Part shown: one piece after another, positions 37,223 through 50,237 of the stretch
Position numbering within the stretch: the first letter of the stretch is position 1
How the letters are laid out: each line of letters opens with the position of its first letter
Assembly: GCF_006345805.1 (NCBI RefSeq)
Contig: NC_042998.1
Location: 48,050,001-48,114,000, forward strand
Length of the DNA stretch: 64,000 nt
DNA from: Octopus sinensis
Lineage: Eukaryota
Direction: 5' to 3'
Position numbers and translations under genes: made by a program
Notes under the pieces: model-generated
The model's database searches: none
The model's input: the letters and a program-made list of their open reading frames with translations, nothing else
What the model was told of the DNA's origin: nothing

Positions 37223-37311
37223 AATTGTTTTCGTTCCAGCACACGATCTCAGATCAGGTCACTTGCTATGCAAGTATAACTCCGTAAATATATATTATAT
37301 ATATATATACG

Positions 37312-37429
37312 TATTGAGTAAAAGGAGGCAGTCAGAATTTTGGATAATTGTCTTGAAGAGTTTGGTTAAATGAACAAAAGCGCTAATAAAGAATTATCCA
37401 GAATTCTGACTGCCTCCTTTTTCTCAATA
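37312..37429. mobile_element. 118-bp fold-back element enclosing a decayed hammerhead-like core
   Basis: 38-bp arms with 2 mismatches; loop TGTC-TTGAAGA-GTTT..GAAC-AAAA-GCGC-TA. Confidence 0.6.
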
Positions 37430-37473
37430 GATAATATCTGTACACCACTTCAAACACACACACTCTCTCGCTT

Positions 37474-37535
<62 letters not shown>

Positions 37536-39278
37536 ATATAAAACTTCAATAAGATATTTCAACAATGTTACTGTGATCAAGCAGACCTATGATGAAAGAT
37601 GTTCTAACCACGACCATCACATCTTTATTACATCAGTCTTTTTGAGTCTATATTTTCTAATGAATCCATCTTTTTCTTTTTCTGTAGACATTTGGGTGTA
37701 ATTTGAGAAAGAATTGACTACTATTTCTAAAAGGTCAAGTAACTGCAACTATATAAAGGCACCAATTCTGGTTGAGTAAACCTCTGATCAAAGGCAATCT
37801 AGCCATGACCACTTTATCATTATGAGAGTATCTAAGAGTATGTTAAATGTGACAGAGTGTGAGATGAGAGTGGTTTGGTAGCTTTTTCTCGCAGGTCAAG
37901 AGAGCAAGCACGAACCCTTCACTAGCTCATCATTAATTAACAATGTAATGTAGAGTACATTTGTAATTTTTCTACCATAGAAGCATCCCACACTCACAAA
38001 CACATTCCCTTCCTTTATACAGGAAACGCGAAGGAAAATGTATAAATACAGAAAGAAATAAAAAAAGAGATATGTAAATAAATAGATTTTATTGTGGCTT
38101 TTGTTGTTGTTGCTAATAACAACAACAATGACACTGATGATGACTTTACTGTTATTGTTGATTATGAGGATGACTGAGTTAAGCTTCAGGTATTGTTACC
38201 ATACAGTAACTAACTTCTTAGTAATTGGCCAGCTGTACGTTTAATGTTGCTTTCATAACATCAAATGCAGGTTTATAAGCAGTGAGGCCACCACCACTGA
38301 CTGATTATATGAAAATGTAAACAAATGTGCACATGACAACAGCATGATTTTCATAGAAATTCATTACAGTCCAGTTGAGCAGCTGCTGAATAAGCCAATG
38401 AGAGCCTTGACGAAAGAATGGTTGCTCCTGTTAGAAATAGCAACTAAAATTCCCACCCTCAAATCACACCCTACCGTTTTCCTTTTCAAAAAAAAAAAAA
38501 AAAAGAAGATATTAAAGTATGTATACCTAGATATATGATGCTAATTAAAATATGGGATGGTCATGACTAATATATTTTGACCTTACCTTTACTCGATTAG
38601 AGCTGATTTGGCATTATATAACAATAACTATAATAACAACAAAAATAAGAACAACTGTAGAAACTCATAAATACAGGCAGATGTTGTTATCAGGGTCATT
38701 CTATTCAACTTCACCTGTTTGTTTTCAGGTATAACACTCTAGTGAGCAAGGTAACCATTCTTTATTTTTTTATCGGAGCAGGTGTTACATTTTTTTCTTT
38801 ATTTTTTTTCCATTGTGAACTGTCTTTTAAGACAACTGGCTTTCCACCTGCCACTGGTATCATATTGTTGTTTGAAGTACGTTATCCTTACAATGTGTCT
38901 CAGCTAAGTAAGAGAAAAGGAACAAAGCAAAAATAGGTACCACTCCCTCTTCATGGTTGAGGAGCTGACAAAAAAACAAAAATCTTAAATGATGTAACTG
39001 CTTTGCAAAGTTGGTGAAATCTTGAAATTTGTAGAACCATACTACCTATAGTTATAGTACTGAAAGATAACTGATAAACTACACATGAGGTGGAGGGCAA
39101 GGCTGTGTGTTAAGAAGTTTGCTTCCTAACACCACATGGTTATAGGTTCAGTCCCACTGTGTGGCACACTGGGCAAGTGTCTTCTACTATAGCCTTGAGC
39201 TGACTAAACCCTTGTGAGTGGACTTGGTACACAGAAACTGAAAGAAGCCTATTGTATATATATATATATATATATATA

Positions 39279-39665
39279 ATGAGATAGGGGTTGTAAATTC
39301 AACCCTCCATGGGATAACATATAAATGATTTTTGGGTATGTACTCATACTTAGGTTAGAATCTCCAAAGAGGCTGTAAGATAATTTTGTTAATGTCTCAT
39401 TTATACCTGCAATATATGGTTAATATAGGTTAAATGAGACATACCTATCTGCATGGCCGAAACAGCTGTCAGTTATAATGTATATGTATTTTTATATCTT
39501 GTTATATTTATTTAGTTATATCTCATTATATTGATTGTAATTATTGTACTGTATTAATGTCTAATCTTAATGCTCTTGTGTAGTGTTTTAATAAAGTATA
39601 TGATTCGGTATTATCTGATAGTTGATGAATGATTTAGATATATTTCTCCATTTTCTCATTCTGTA
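39279..39665 (+). mobile_element. non-autonomous Penelope-like element, same family as 22419-23111, decayed hammerhead 39361-39473
   Basis: Same head, same TGTCTCATTTA..TAAATGAGACA stem II, GCC-GAAA-CAGCTG-TC-AG; core reads CCAAAGA instead of CTGAAGA; flanked by (TA)n. Confidence 0.7.
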
Positions 39666-40730
39666 TATATATATATATATATATATGAATGAATGGAGAT
39701 ATACATTTGTCAATTCAAAAATTAAAATTTATTAACATAATATAATATTATATTATATTCTTATGATAATATAATAGAATAGAATAAATAATAAAAATTA
39801 AATACAAATTACATACAATTGTTTCAATTCTTACCAATAACAGAATTATAAAAATTCATTGTTTGTGGCTAAGAAACTCTTCAGTGTAATTTTTGATATA
39901 TGAGGATTCACAGAACTAAGAAAAGACTGAATTTAAATATATTTAGGTTTTCTAGGATGAGCATCAATAATTAAAAACAAAAACAAAGATAAAAATAAAA
40001 AAATAAAATGTGTGTGTGTGTATGTGTGTCTTTGTGTCTGTGCTTGTTCCCATCGCCATTTGACAACCAGTGTTGGTGTGTTTACATCCTCATTGCTTAC
40101 AGTTTGGCAAAAGAAATCAATAGAACAAGCACCATGCCTTAAATAAATGTACTAAGGTTGATTCATTCATTGAACTAAAAATTCTTCAAGACAGCATCCC
40201 AGCATGGATGCAGTCTAATGACTGAAATAAGTAAAAGATAAAAGATGACAGAAATGGCACCAAACGTCAAAAATTCAGTATTTTCCTTTTTGATGATTAT
40301 AATCAGCAATGCTCATCTTTCTTCTCTCCTCGAAACGGAGAGAAAAAATGGAGAGATGTGGCCTTTCAGATCATGCCAAAGCTAATAAGTTAAATAACAA
40401 AGGAACAAAATTAAGTTTTCACACTGACATTAATGGGAGCTTCACCTACTAATTGTGTATGTTTTCATCATTACTGCAAAAGGATGGATAAAATAAAAGC
40501 TTTAAAGATAGCAGTCCAGTGGTTGGCATAATGGACTAACGATCATAAGATAGGAGGTTCAATTCTTGGACCAAACAGTGCATTGTATCAGTGAGCAAAG
40601 CCCTTTGTTTTAGACTACCCTGGTCCACATGACAGAAAATGAGTACCATTGGCTGCTATAAGTGGAGCGGGCAGGGTCTAAACCTGTAATAGATTGGTGC
40701 CAGGAAGAAGATACTCTCTCAGTTGCTTAA

Positions 40731-40972
40731 CACATTAGCATTTAAACTGACCATATCTGGCCAAAATATTCTACCTGTTTTAAATTCAAACTGGCCAGAT
40801 CTGGCTTCTCACACACATCCTGCTATGTCATTCCAAAAATAAGAAGATTGCTTCCCAACCACATAGTTATGGATCCAGTCCCGCAGTGTGACATCTTGGG
40901 CAAGTGTCTTCTCTTATTTTCTCAGGCCAACCAAAGCTCTGTGAGTGGATTTCGCTGACAGAAACTGAAAGC

Positions 40973-41006
<34 letters not shown>

Positions 41007-41158
41007 GCCAGATCCAGCTTCTCACACCTATCCCACTATGTCATTCTAAAAATGAACAACTACATCAATGAAATCTCCAAGCTATGAGATAATGAATGAC
41101 AAAAACAATGTAAGAAAATAAGCATTACATTTGACAAAATAATCTGGAAACTAAAGAG
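40731..41158. mobile_element. piggyBac-like MITE interrupted by a SINE head
   Basis: TTAA|CACATTAGCATT ... CTAAAGAG|TTAA, same family as 50018-50237, 58281-58890 and 59679-59899. Confidence 0.65.
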
Positions 41159-41629
41159 TTAAATCTGTATTTCAAAGAACCAGATTATCTTAATTCCTAT
41201 ATATGTTTCTTCACACAATTTTCACATGCACAATAAGGGAAATCTTTTGCTATTAATAGCAGCAACAGCTCTTTATATTTCCTTCAGACCTCCTTACTTT
41301 AGTTCCTATGGCTTTGATACTGCCCACCCACTGAGACATCTTTGTCATTATCCTCATTGTCTTAACATCCTCTTTTCCATGCTTGCATAGTTAGGATGGA
41401 GGGTATTTTGAGCTTCCTTTTTTTTTTCTTTTTTTTTATTGAGGCAGATTTTCTATAGCTGGATGCCCTTCCTGTTGCCAGCTCTTACCTATTTCCAATC
41501 AAGGTAATATTTCCTCATGGCTAGTCATGTTTCTGTCAAATATTGGAAATGAGTGACATTCATTTACAACAATCATGCAACGTCAAGAAAGTGTGACACA
41601 AGTGTACACACACTCATACACACATAAAT

Positions 41630-42432
41630 CATTTAGACCACTGCACTGGTATGGTCACATGGTGAGTATGAATGAGGATAGCTGTATGAAAAAGTGCCAC
41701 ACCCTAGCGGTTGAGGAAACCTGTGGAAGAGGTAGACTCAGCAAGACCTCGAATGGGGTGGTGAAGTATGACCTTTGAACATTAGGCCTCACCTAATGAC
41801 TAGTGACCAGACCTTTGGAAATATGCTGTGCTTGAGAAGACTCGGCAAGCCAAGCAAGATCATAACCTCATGGCCTATGCCAGGGGTGTAACCAACCACT
41901 TATGTGTACCTTTCCTTCATTGGACACTAAACTCTGCTTGCGAAGACCTGTTGAGGCAAGTGAAATCGAAATTCGATGATTAGCATCCGTGCTAGCAGAG
42001 TTCTAAGAGCACCATCCGAGCATGATTGTTGCCAGAGCAGCAAACTGGCTTCCGTGCCGGTGGCACGTAAAAAGCACCATTCAAGCGTGATCATTACCAG
42101 CATCGCCTTACTGGCACTTGTGCCGGTGGCACGTTAAAAAACATTTGAGTGAGGTTGTTGCCAGTGCCGCTGTACTGTCTCCTGTGAAGGTGGCACGTAA
42201 AAAACACCATTTGAGCATGGCTATTGCCAGAAACGCCTGACTGGCCCTCATGTCGGTGGCGCGGAAAAGCACCCACTACATTCTTGGAATGGTTGGCGTT
42301 AGGAAGGGCATCAGCTGTATAAACTCTGCCAGATCAGATTGGAACCTGGTGCAGCCATCTGGTTCACCAGTCCTCAGTCAAATCGTCCAACCCATGCTAG
42401 CATGGAAAGCGGACGTTAAATGATGATGATGA
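41630..42432 (+). mobile_element. 5'-truncated RTE LINE (last RT codons + single-copy 3' UTR)
   Basis: LHWYGHMV..KKCHTLAVEETCGRGR; 3' UTR modules present once; (GAT)n tail. Confidence 0.85.
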
Positions 42433-43234
42433 TATATGTAAGGTGGTGAGCTAGCAGAAATGTTAGCATGCCAGGTGAAATGCTTATTGGTATTTCGTCT
42501 GTCTTTACGTTTTGAGTTCAAATTACACCGAAGTCAACTTTGCCTTTCATCCTTTCAGGATCAATAAATTAAATACCAGTTGTGTACTGGGGTCAATCTA
42601 ATTGATTGCCCCCCCTCCCCCCAAAATTTCAGGCCTTGTGCTTAGATTGGAAAAGAATATGCATGTTTCAGGTTTGCACAATATGAAATAGGAAATCTCT
42701 CCATTGGCGGTCTTAATTCCACTTATGTGGATACTCTAATGATGATCTGAAGTAATTTCTTATATTTGATTTGAGTTGAAAATTCTGGTACTGCTTCTTA
42801 GCATAACACGAAATATATATATAAATCACCTACATTACAAAAAAAAAATTCATCAATAATTCATAAATTAAATTGCAATCATGCTATGTAACTATTAAAC
42901 CTAAAGTCTTGCATCTCTGTCAAGTTTATCATAAATCCTTCAGAACTTTCCTCTATTATTTGATTGTACTGAGACTCAGTATCCAGATTCAGCCTACTTC
43001 CTATCAATATATCAATCAAGGCCACTTCCCAGAGGGGAAATGGGATTGTGTATATTTTATTACTAATTGGATCTTTGACCTTTGCTTTGATGACCTTTAA
43101 ACCTTTGGAATCTAGACCATTCTTCCATGTTTGAAATATTTCTGCTATGTGAACCAGGTCACCAGTATATAAAATTTCTCAAGAACTTCCAATCCTGAAT
43201 TCCTGTGTGGTGACCTCAAGAAATACAATAATGC

Positions 43235-43840
43235 TTTCTATTATAGGCACAAAGCTCCTGGTGGAGGTCATGATGGGGCTAGTGGATTACATCAACCCTA
43301 GGGTTCAACTGCTACTTATTTTATCAGCCCCAAGATGATGAAAGCTAAGTCAGCCTCAGTAGCATTTGAACTCAGAACATAGCAATGGGCGAAATACCTA
43401 TTTCTTTACTACCCACAAGGGGCTAAACATAGAGTGGACAAACAAGGACAGACAAAGGGATTAAGTCTATTACATCAACCCCAGTGCATAACTGGTACTT
43501 AATTTATTGACCCCGAAAGGATGAAAGGCAAAGTTGACCTCGGCAGAATTTGAACTCACAATGTAACAACAGACGAAATACCACTAAGCATTTCACCCAG
43601 CATGCTAACGACTCTGCCAGCTCACTGCCTTAACAATAATAAACCTTTCTACTGAAGACACTAAGCCTAAAATTTGGAGGGAGAAGACGAGTCAGTTACA
43701 TTGACCCCAGTGTATCTCTGGTACTTAATTTATCGACCCTGAAAGGATGAAAGGCATTTGAGAACTCAGCACATAAAAACAGAAGAAATGCTGCCAAGCA
43801 TTTTGTCCAGTGTGGTAACAACTCTGCCAGCTCACCATCT
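43235..43840 (-). mobile_element. three head-to-tail SINE copies (GGCGGCGAGCTGGCAG family)
   Basis: Repeated GATTACAT..ACCCCAGTG..CTGGTACTTA..ATGAAAGGCAAAG bodies with heads CTCTGCCAGCTCAC..CCTT. Confidence 0.75.
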
Positions 43841-44170
43841 TACTAAGAAGTAAAATGCCAGAAAAGAATGGGGGATGGAAGCATGTTGAATACCTACCTC
43901 TACACTAAATTTCTCACTGAACTAGCTGCCAGACCTAACTTTTATTGCTGCACATTTATGCACTCTTCAACAGGTAACATGGTTCATTCATTTACATTTA
44001 GTTTCCTTATAGGTGCAGGCATGGTTGTGTAGTAAGAAGATTGCTTCCCAACCACATGGTTCTGGATCCAGTCCCACAGTGTGACATCTTAGGCAAGTGT
44101 CTTCTCTTATTTTCTTAGACCAACCAAAGCTTTGTGAGTGGATTTGGTTGACAGAAACAGAAAGAAGCCC

Positions 44171-44420
44171 AGGCGGCGAGCTGGCAGAAATGTTAGCGCG
44201 CCGGGTGAAATGCTTAGTGGTATTTTGTTTGCTGTTACGTTCTGAGTTCAAATTCTGCCGAGATCGACTTTGCTTTTCATCCTTTCGGGGTCAATGAATT
44301 AAGTACCAGTTAAGCACTGGGGTCGATATAATCGACTTAATCCCTTTGGATGTCCTTGTTTGTCCCCTCTATGTTTAGCCCCTTGTGGGCAATAAAGAAA
44401 TAAGAAGATTGCTTCCCAAC
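44171..44420 (+). mobile_element. SINE (GGCGGCGAGCTGGCAG family)
   Basis: AGGCGGCGAGCTGGCAGAAATGTTAGCGCGCCGGG..GAGTTCAAATTC. Confidence 0.8.
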
Positions 44421-44897
44421 CTCAAACTGGCCAGATCTGGCTTCTCACACACATCCTGCTATGTCATTCCAAAAATAAGAAGATTGCTTCCCAACCACAT
44501 AGTTCTGGATCCAGTCCTGCAGTGTGACATCTTGGGCAAGTGTCTTCTCTTATTTTCTCAGGCCAACCAAAGCTTTGTGAGTGGATTTGGTTGACAGAAA
44601 CTGAAAGAAACCCATTTATATATAAAAAAATATATTACTATATATCTAGCCAGATCCAGCTTCTCACACCTACACCACTATGTCATTCTAAAAATAAACA
44701 TATATAATTGTTTTTTTAGAAAAACATAAATCTGAAGAAGCACACTCTAAGAAGCAGAGCAGTCTATATTTATTACTGGTGAAGGCTTGTTTATAGGGGT
44801 ACCCTGGGTTTCTCGCCATAAAGGTGGGTACCTTTATGGTGTATCTTCAGACTCTAAGACCTGATGGCCTCTTTAAAATATAGAAGGGGCCTATATA

Positions 44898-44930
<33 letters not shown>

Positions 44931-45500
44931 GAATTATGATTCTTTTGTTACTTAGGTGATGTAATTTATTACTTAGGTGTGTTCAGTTCCACTCCATTGC
45001 ACTTCAGGCAATTCTACACACACACACATGCACTCATGCACACACACACATATGCACACACACACATGCACACACACACATGCACACACATATGCACTCA
45101 TGCACACACACACATGCAATACACCCATAAACACACACACACCTGCACACACATGCACACACACACACACAGAGGAGATTTATCACAAAGGACTTTGTCT
45201 GAATTTGCCTTAAGATGTTATGACCATGGGTAATTTGAATCAGAACAAGATCTCAGGGACAGTGGTACGTTGAGAGAGAAAGAGGGAGAGACAGACAGAC
45301 AGACAGAGACAGAGAAGGAGAGAGAATATGAGGGAGATAGAGAGAGGGAGAGAAATGTGTGGCTACTTTAAGCTGTGACCTTCTGCAGAGAGGAGGACAG
45401 CTCCCAGCATGCAATCTGAAACAGGAAATCTCCAACCGGAATTGGCAGATGGGTGAGCAGAGAAGAAGGGTAAAGAGAGGAAACGGTGAGTTAGAAAGTC

Positions 45501-46215
45501 AAGAGTGTAAAACTGAAGGTCTGAGGAAGGGGAAGGGGGGCAAGGTGAGAGTAGCAGGGTTACAATAAAAGCACAAAAGAAGCGGGGGGGGGGGGTAGAG
45601 AGAGAGAGAGAGGGAGATTGTTCTTTGACTAACGTTACTTGTTATGTAAAACAGTGGAAGGAAGAGAAAGGAAAAGATTAGCATAATTAAAAATATCAGA
45701 GAGAGTATGAGGGAGGGAGGGAGAGGGGAAGAAAAGGAGGGAGAGAGGAGGGGAAAAGTATGAGGGGGAAGGAGAGGGGAAGAGAAGGAAGGAGAAAGGG
45801 TAGGGAGTAAAGGGAGACGCAAGAAGGGAGGGAGAGTGGGAGGAAGGGGAAGTGAGAGGGGGAGAAAGTGGCAAGGAAGGGAGGAAGAGTAGAAGAGAGA
45901 GAGAAAGAAAATGGAAAACAGAGAGGGAGAAGGGAAGAGAGGAAGGGAGAGAAGAGAGGAAGGGAGAGGAGAGGAGGGGATGTAGTGGAAAAGAGAGGAA
46001 GAGTGGGGAAAGAAAGGAGAGTAGGAAAGAGAGGGAAAGGGGAAGAGAGAGAGAAGGGGAAAATGAGAAGGGAACAAGAGAGAGAAGGACAGAGAAAGGG
46101 AGAGAGGAAGAAAGGAAGACTGGGAGGGAGATTGAGAGCATGGGGAGTGGAAGAGGGAGAGCGAGAAAGAGAGAGAGAGAGACTAACAAGATGGTTATGA
46201 AAGAGAGTAAGTAGT
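45501..46215. repeat. ~700-bp purine-rich (G/A) low-complexity tract
   Basis: Almost only G and A on the plus strand from about 45650; the long ORFs here are compositional artefacts. Confidence 0.95.
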
Positions 46216-47038
46216 GAGTGCAAGAGTGTGTATGTGTGTTTGTTACTGACCTAACAGTAATATATCATCATCATCATCATCATGATAATAATAATAATCA
46301 CTTGTTTCAATATCTATTTTTTCCATGCTTGCATGGGTCAGAAGAGGCTTTGTTGAGGCAGATACCCTTCTTACCATCAAACCCAGCACTGGATTAACCA
46401 TTAGGGCATCAAAGGAAGTAGGAGGCACAACAGAAATAGCAAATGGTTTACAGCACAAAAGAAATCACTTTAAACTTGCTAAAACAATATTCAGGATGCC
46501 TTAATCTTTACTAAGTACAGATGCCTATATGTTACCTAAGATTTATTTTGAGGATCTGATCAAAGACATCACAATTCAAAAAAGTTGGAGGAAACTTTTC
46601 AAATATAAATAAAGTAGAAGTATACAAAAATAAATATTATTTTCCCTCTTACTGTTTTGCTTCATTTTGAAAAATAAAAACTTATTTTATGGTTTGTTAT
46701 TGTTTATATTTTGAATTACATAATCTTTTATGGGGGCACCAAAATCTTTCAAGTGCTTAGGGCCTCGAGGGGTCTTGATCTGGCCCTGATCAAACCTCAC
46801 CTGTTTCTAAGCAAGGTAATATTTCCCTAGTCTACGAAACAATAAACAGTCTTGAAATGCCTTCACAGCAGACAACAAGAGAACACCATTTAAATTGATG
46901 GTAACACTTTGTTTTTACTGAGCTTCACATTTCAAAACAAGGGAAATGTACCCAAGACCACACTCAGTCACACAAGCACACACAAGCTTGTGAGTGGATA
47001 TGCTAGACAGAAACTGAATGAAGCCTGTCATATATATA

Positions 47039-47217
47039 CCATATTTTAATGTGTATGAGGAACCCTCGTGTATAAGGAACCCACTAATTTTGGGGGTTTA
47101 AAATTTGGCAAAAAAGTTTTGTAAGGGATTATAATACTATCCATGTATAAGAAACTCCTATATTTTTTAAACCTAATTTTTGCCAAAAAACGGTTCCTTA
47201 TACACATTAAAATATGG
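47039..47217. mobile_element. Tc1/mariner (pogo-like) MITE
   Basis: TA|CCATATTTTAATGTGTATGAGGAACC ... GGTTCCTTATACACATTAAAATATGG|TA; 26-bp TIR with one mismatch. Confidence 0.85.
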
Positions 47218-48085
47218 TATGAGATGTGGAGGCATGGTTGAGTGGTAAGAAACTTGCTGCCCAACCACACAGTTTCAGGTTCAGTTCCACCATGTGTCTT
47301 CTACTATAGCTTCAAGCCAACCAAAGCCTTGTGAGAGGATCTGGCAGATGGAAACTGAAAGAAGTGCACACACACACACACACGCACACACACACACATT
47401 TGTGTGTTTGTGTGTGTCTTTGTACTCCATCACATCTTGACAATGGGTGACCATGTGTTTACATCCCAGTAACTTAGCAGTTCAGCAAAAGACTGATAGA
47501 ATAAGTACCAGGCTTAAAAAATGAGAAGTACTGGAGTCAATTCGTTCGACTAAAATCCTTTAAGGCAATGTTCCAACGTGGTCACAGCCTAATAGCTGAA
47601 ATATGTAAAAGATAAAACACACACACACATACACACACACAGATACACACACACACAGACAGACACACACATGCACACATACAGTTGATGCCATAAGAAT
47701 TTAGGCACTTTGAGAACATGAAATAATCTTTTTTTTTTTCGGAACTAATGCCATAAACAATAAGTATGTTAGCACGCAGGGTGAAATGCTTAGCGGTATT
47801 TCAACTGTCTTTACATTCTGAGTTCAAATTCCGTCAAGGTCGACTTTGCCTTTCATCCTTTCAGGGTCGATAAAATAAGTACCAGTTGCATACTCGGGTT
47901 GATCTAATCAACTGCCCCCCTCCCTCTCCAAAAATTTTGGGTCTTGTGCTTAGAGTAGAAAAGGATATTATATTGGGTTAAAAACCATTTGGATAAAAAG
48001 AAGTCAAAGGCTGCTCATGGAACAATATTTACATGATATTATTCATAGCTTTATTAGCACAGAGATTTATATTACACACACACAT

Positions 48086-48491
48086 CTCTTTTACTCTTTT
48101 ACTTGTTTCAGTCATTTGACTTTGGCCATGCTGGAGCACTGCCTTTAGTCGAGCACATCGACCCCAGGACTTATTCTTTGTAAGCCTAGTACTTATTTTA
48201 TCGGTCTCTTTTGCCAAACCGCTAAGTTACAGGGACGTAAACACACCAGCATCGGTTGTCAAGTGATGTTGGGGGGACAAACACAGACACACAAACATAT
48301 ACACACACATATACATACATACATATATATATATACACACACACATATATACGACGGGCTTCTTTCAGTTTCCATCTACCAAATCCACTCACAAGGCTAT
48401 AGTCGAAGACACTTGCCCAAGGTGCCATGCAGAGGGACTGAATCCAGAACCATGTGGTTCATAAGCAAACTACTTACCACACAGCCACTCC
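48086..48491 (-). mobile_element. SINE (GGAGTGGCTGTGTGGTAAG family)
   Basis: Near full-length homologue of 34455-34868. Confidence 0.88.
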
Positions 48492-48710
48492 AACACCTAC
48501 GGTTATACTATTATTTTTTAATGGTGGGGTAAATTTATCTAGTTTTTACCTACCATGTGTATGTTTCTGCTATTTATCTAACTTTATATTTATAGATATG
48601 CAAACAGCAACAAAGTACTTTTTTCACTGTCAATCTTCTTAAAGAGAAACACAAACCTGACAAACAGGTAACATTATTCTCCATGATATCTACAGTAGTT
48701 TTCATAAAAG

Positions 48711-48745
<35 letters not shown>

Positions 48746-49167
48746 TACTCTTTACTCTTTTACTCTTTTACTTGTTTCAGTCATTTGACTGCGGCCATGC
48801 TGGAGCACCATCTTTAGTCGAGCAAATCGACCCCGGGACTTATTCTTTGTAAGCCCAGTACTTATTCTATCGGTCTCTTTTGCCGAACCGCTAAGTGACG
48901 GGGATGTAAACACACCAGCATCGGTTGTCAAGCAATGCTAGGGAGACAAACACAGACACACAAACATATACACACACACTTATATATATATATATATACA
49001 TATATACGATAGGCTTCTTTCAGTTTCCGTCTACCAAATCCACTCACAAGGCATTGGTCGGCCCGGGTCTATAGCAGAAGACACTTGCCCAAGATGCCAC
49101 GCAGTGGGACTGAACCCGGAACCATGTGGTTGGTTAGCAAGCTACTTACCACACAGCTACTCCTGCG

Positions 49168-49169
<2 letters not shown>
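48746..49169 (-). mobile_element. full-length, relatively young SINE (GGAGTGGCTGTGTGGTAAG family)
   Basis: AGGCGCAGGAGTAGCTGTGTGGTAAG head, retained CpGs, (TACTCTTT)n tail; flanked by (TA)n. Confidence 0.9.
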
Positions 49170-49212
<43 letters not shown>

Positions 49213-49467
49213 CTTAACAGAATAAGATAGAATGACAGTGAATGACCCTGTATGAATGATCATATTGATCATGTATTCAAACCTAATTGCCAAGCAAGAC
49301 AGTTGCCATTCTTGCTACGTCTGCTCTTAACATCACAGCACATCATTCTTCAGAGTGCACCAGTTAATTTGTTTTATTTAGTAAATTTTATTACACAGTT
49401 GATAATCAGTATGTCACTATTATTCTTGTTTTTGTTTAGGATAGGTTAGCACTGATAACAGGAGACA

Positions 49468-49790
49468 TCATCATCATTTAGCATACGCTTTCCATGCTAG
49501 CATGGGTTGGACGGTTCAACTGGGGTCTGTGAAGCCAGAAGGCTGCATCAGGCCCAGTCTGATCTGGCAGTGTTTCTACGGCTGGATGCCCTTCCTAACG
49601 CCAACCACTCCGTGAGTGTAGTGGGTGCTTTTTACGTGCCACCCGCACAGGTGCAAGACGAAGCTGGTAAACGGCCACGAACGGATGGTGCTTTTACGTG
49701 CCACCGGCACGGGGGCCAGGCGAGGCTGGCAATGGCCACGAACGAATGGTGCTACGTGCCACCGGCACGGGGGCCAGGCGAACATATGAT
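49468..49790 (-). mobile_element. short RTE 3'-end copy
   Basis: Homologous to 25235-25500. Confidence 0.85.
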
Positions 49791-50017
49791 CAAAAACGTT
49801 TAGCTATAAGCATTTTGTGTGTATGCATGTATGTATGTGCGTGTGTGTGTACATGCATGTGTGTGCACATGTGTGTATGCATGCATGTGTATATACCTAG
49901 AACAATACCATTCATTGTATTGTTGTTTCATTGGCTATTTCTACCATATATTTGTTGAAATACACGATGTTTCAATTAATTTTGAAAATGATCAAGAATT
50001 TACCATATCATTATTAA

Positions 50018-50237
50018 CACACTGGCATTTAAATGGGCCATATCTGGCTCAGATATTCTATCTGTTTTGAGTTAAAACTGTCCAGATCCTGCCTCTCACA
50101 TCTACTCTACAAAATCACTCTAAATATAAACAATTACATCATTGAAATCTCAAAGCTACAAAATAATGCATGATTAATTCAAAATAATATAAATAAATTA
50201 GCATTACAATTGACAGTGTAATCTGAATGCTAAAGAG
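50018..50237. mobile_element. piggyBac-like MITE
   Basis: TTAA|CACACTGGCATTTAAA ... AATGCTAAAGAG|TTAA. Confidence 0.65.

Noticed and set aside
38588-38628. Minus-strand AAG|GTAAGG donor with upstream acceptor
   Set aside because: The 41-nt segment has stops in all three frames and no other support.
45499-46223. Several 110-190-aa ORFs on both strands
   Set aside because: Purine/pyrimidine low-complexity sequence lacks stop codons; no domain content.
48596-48667. 72-nt plus-strand exon-like segment (TTTATAG| ... CAG|GTAACA)
   Set aside because: Two frames are open but neither peptide is recognisable, and such signals are common in AT-rich DNA.
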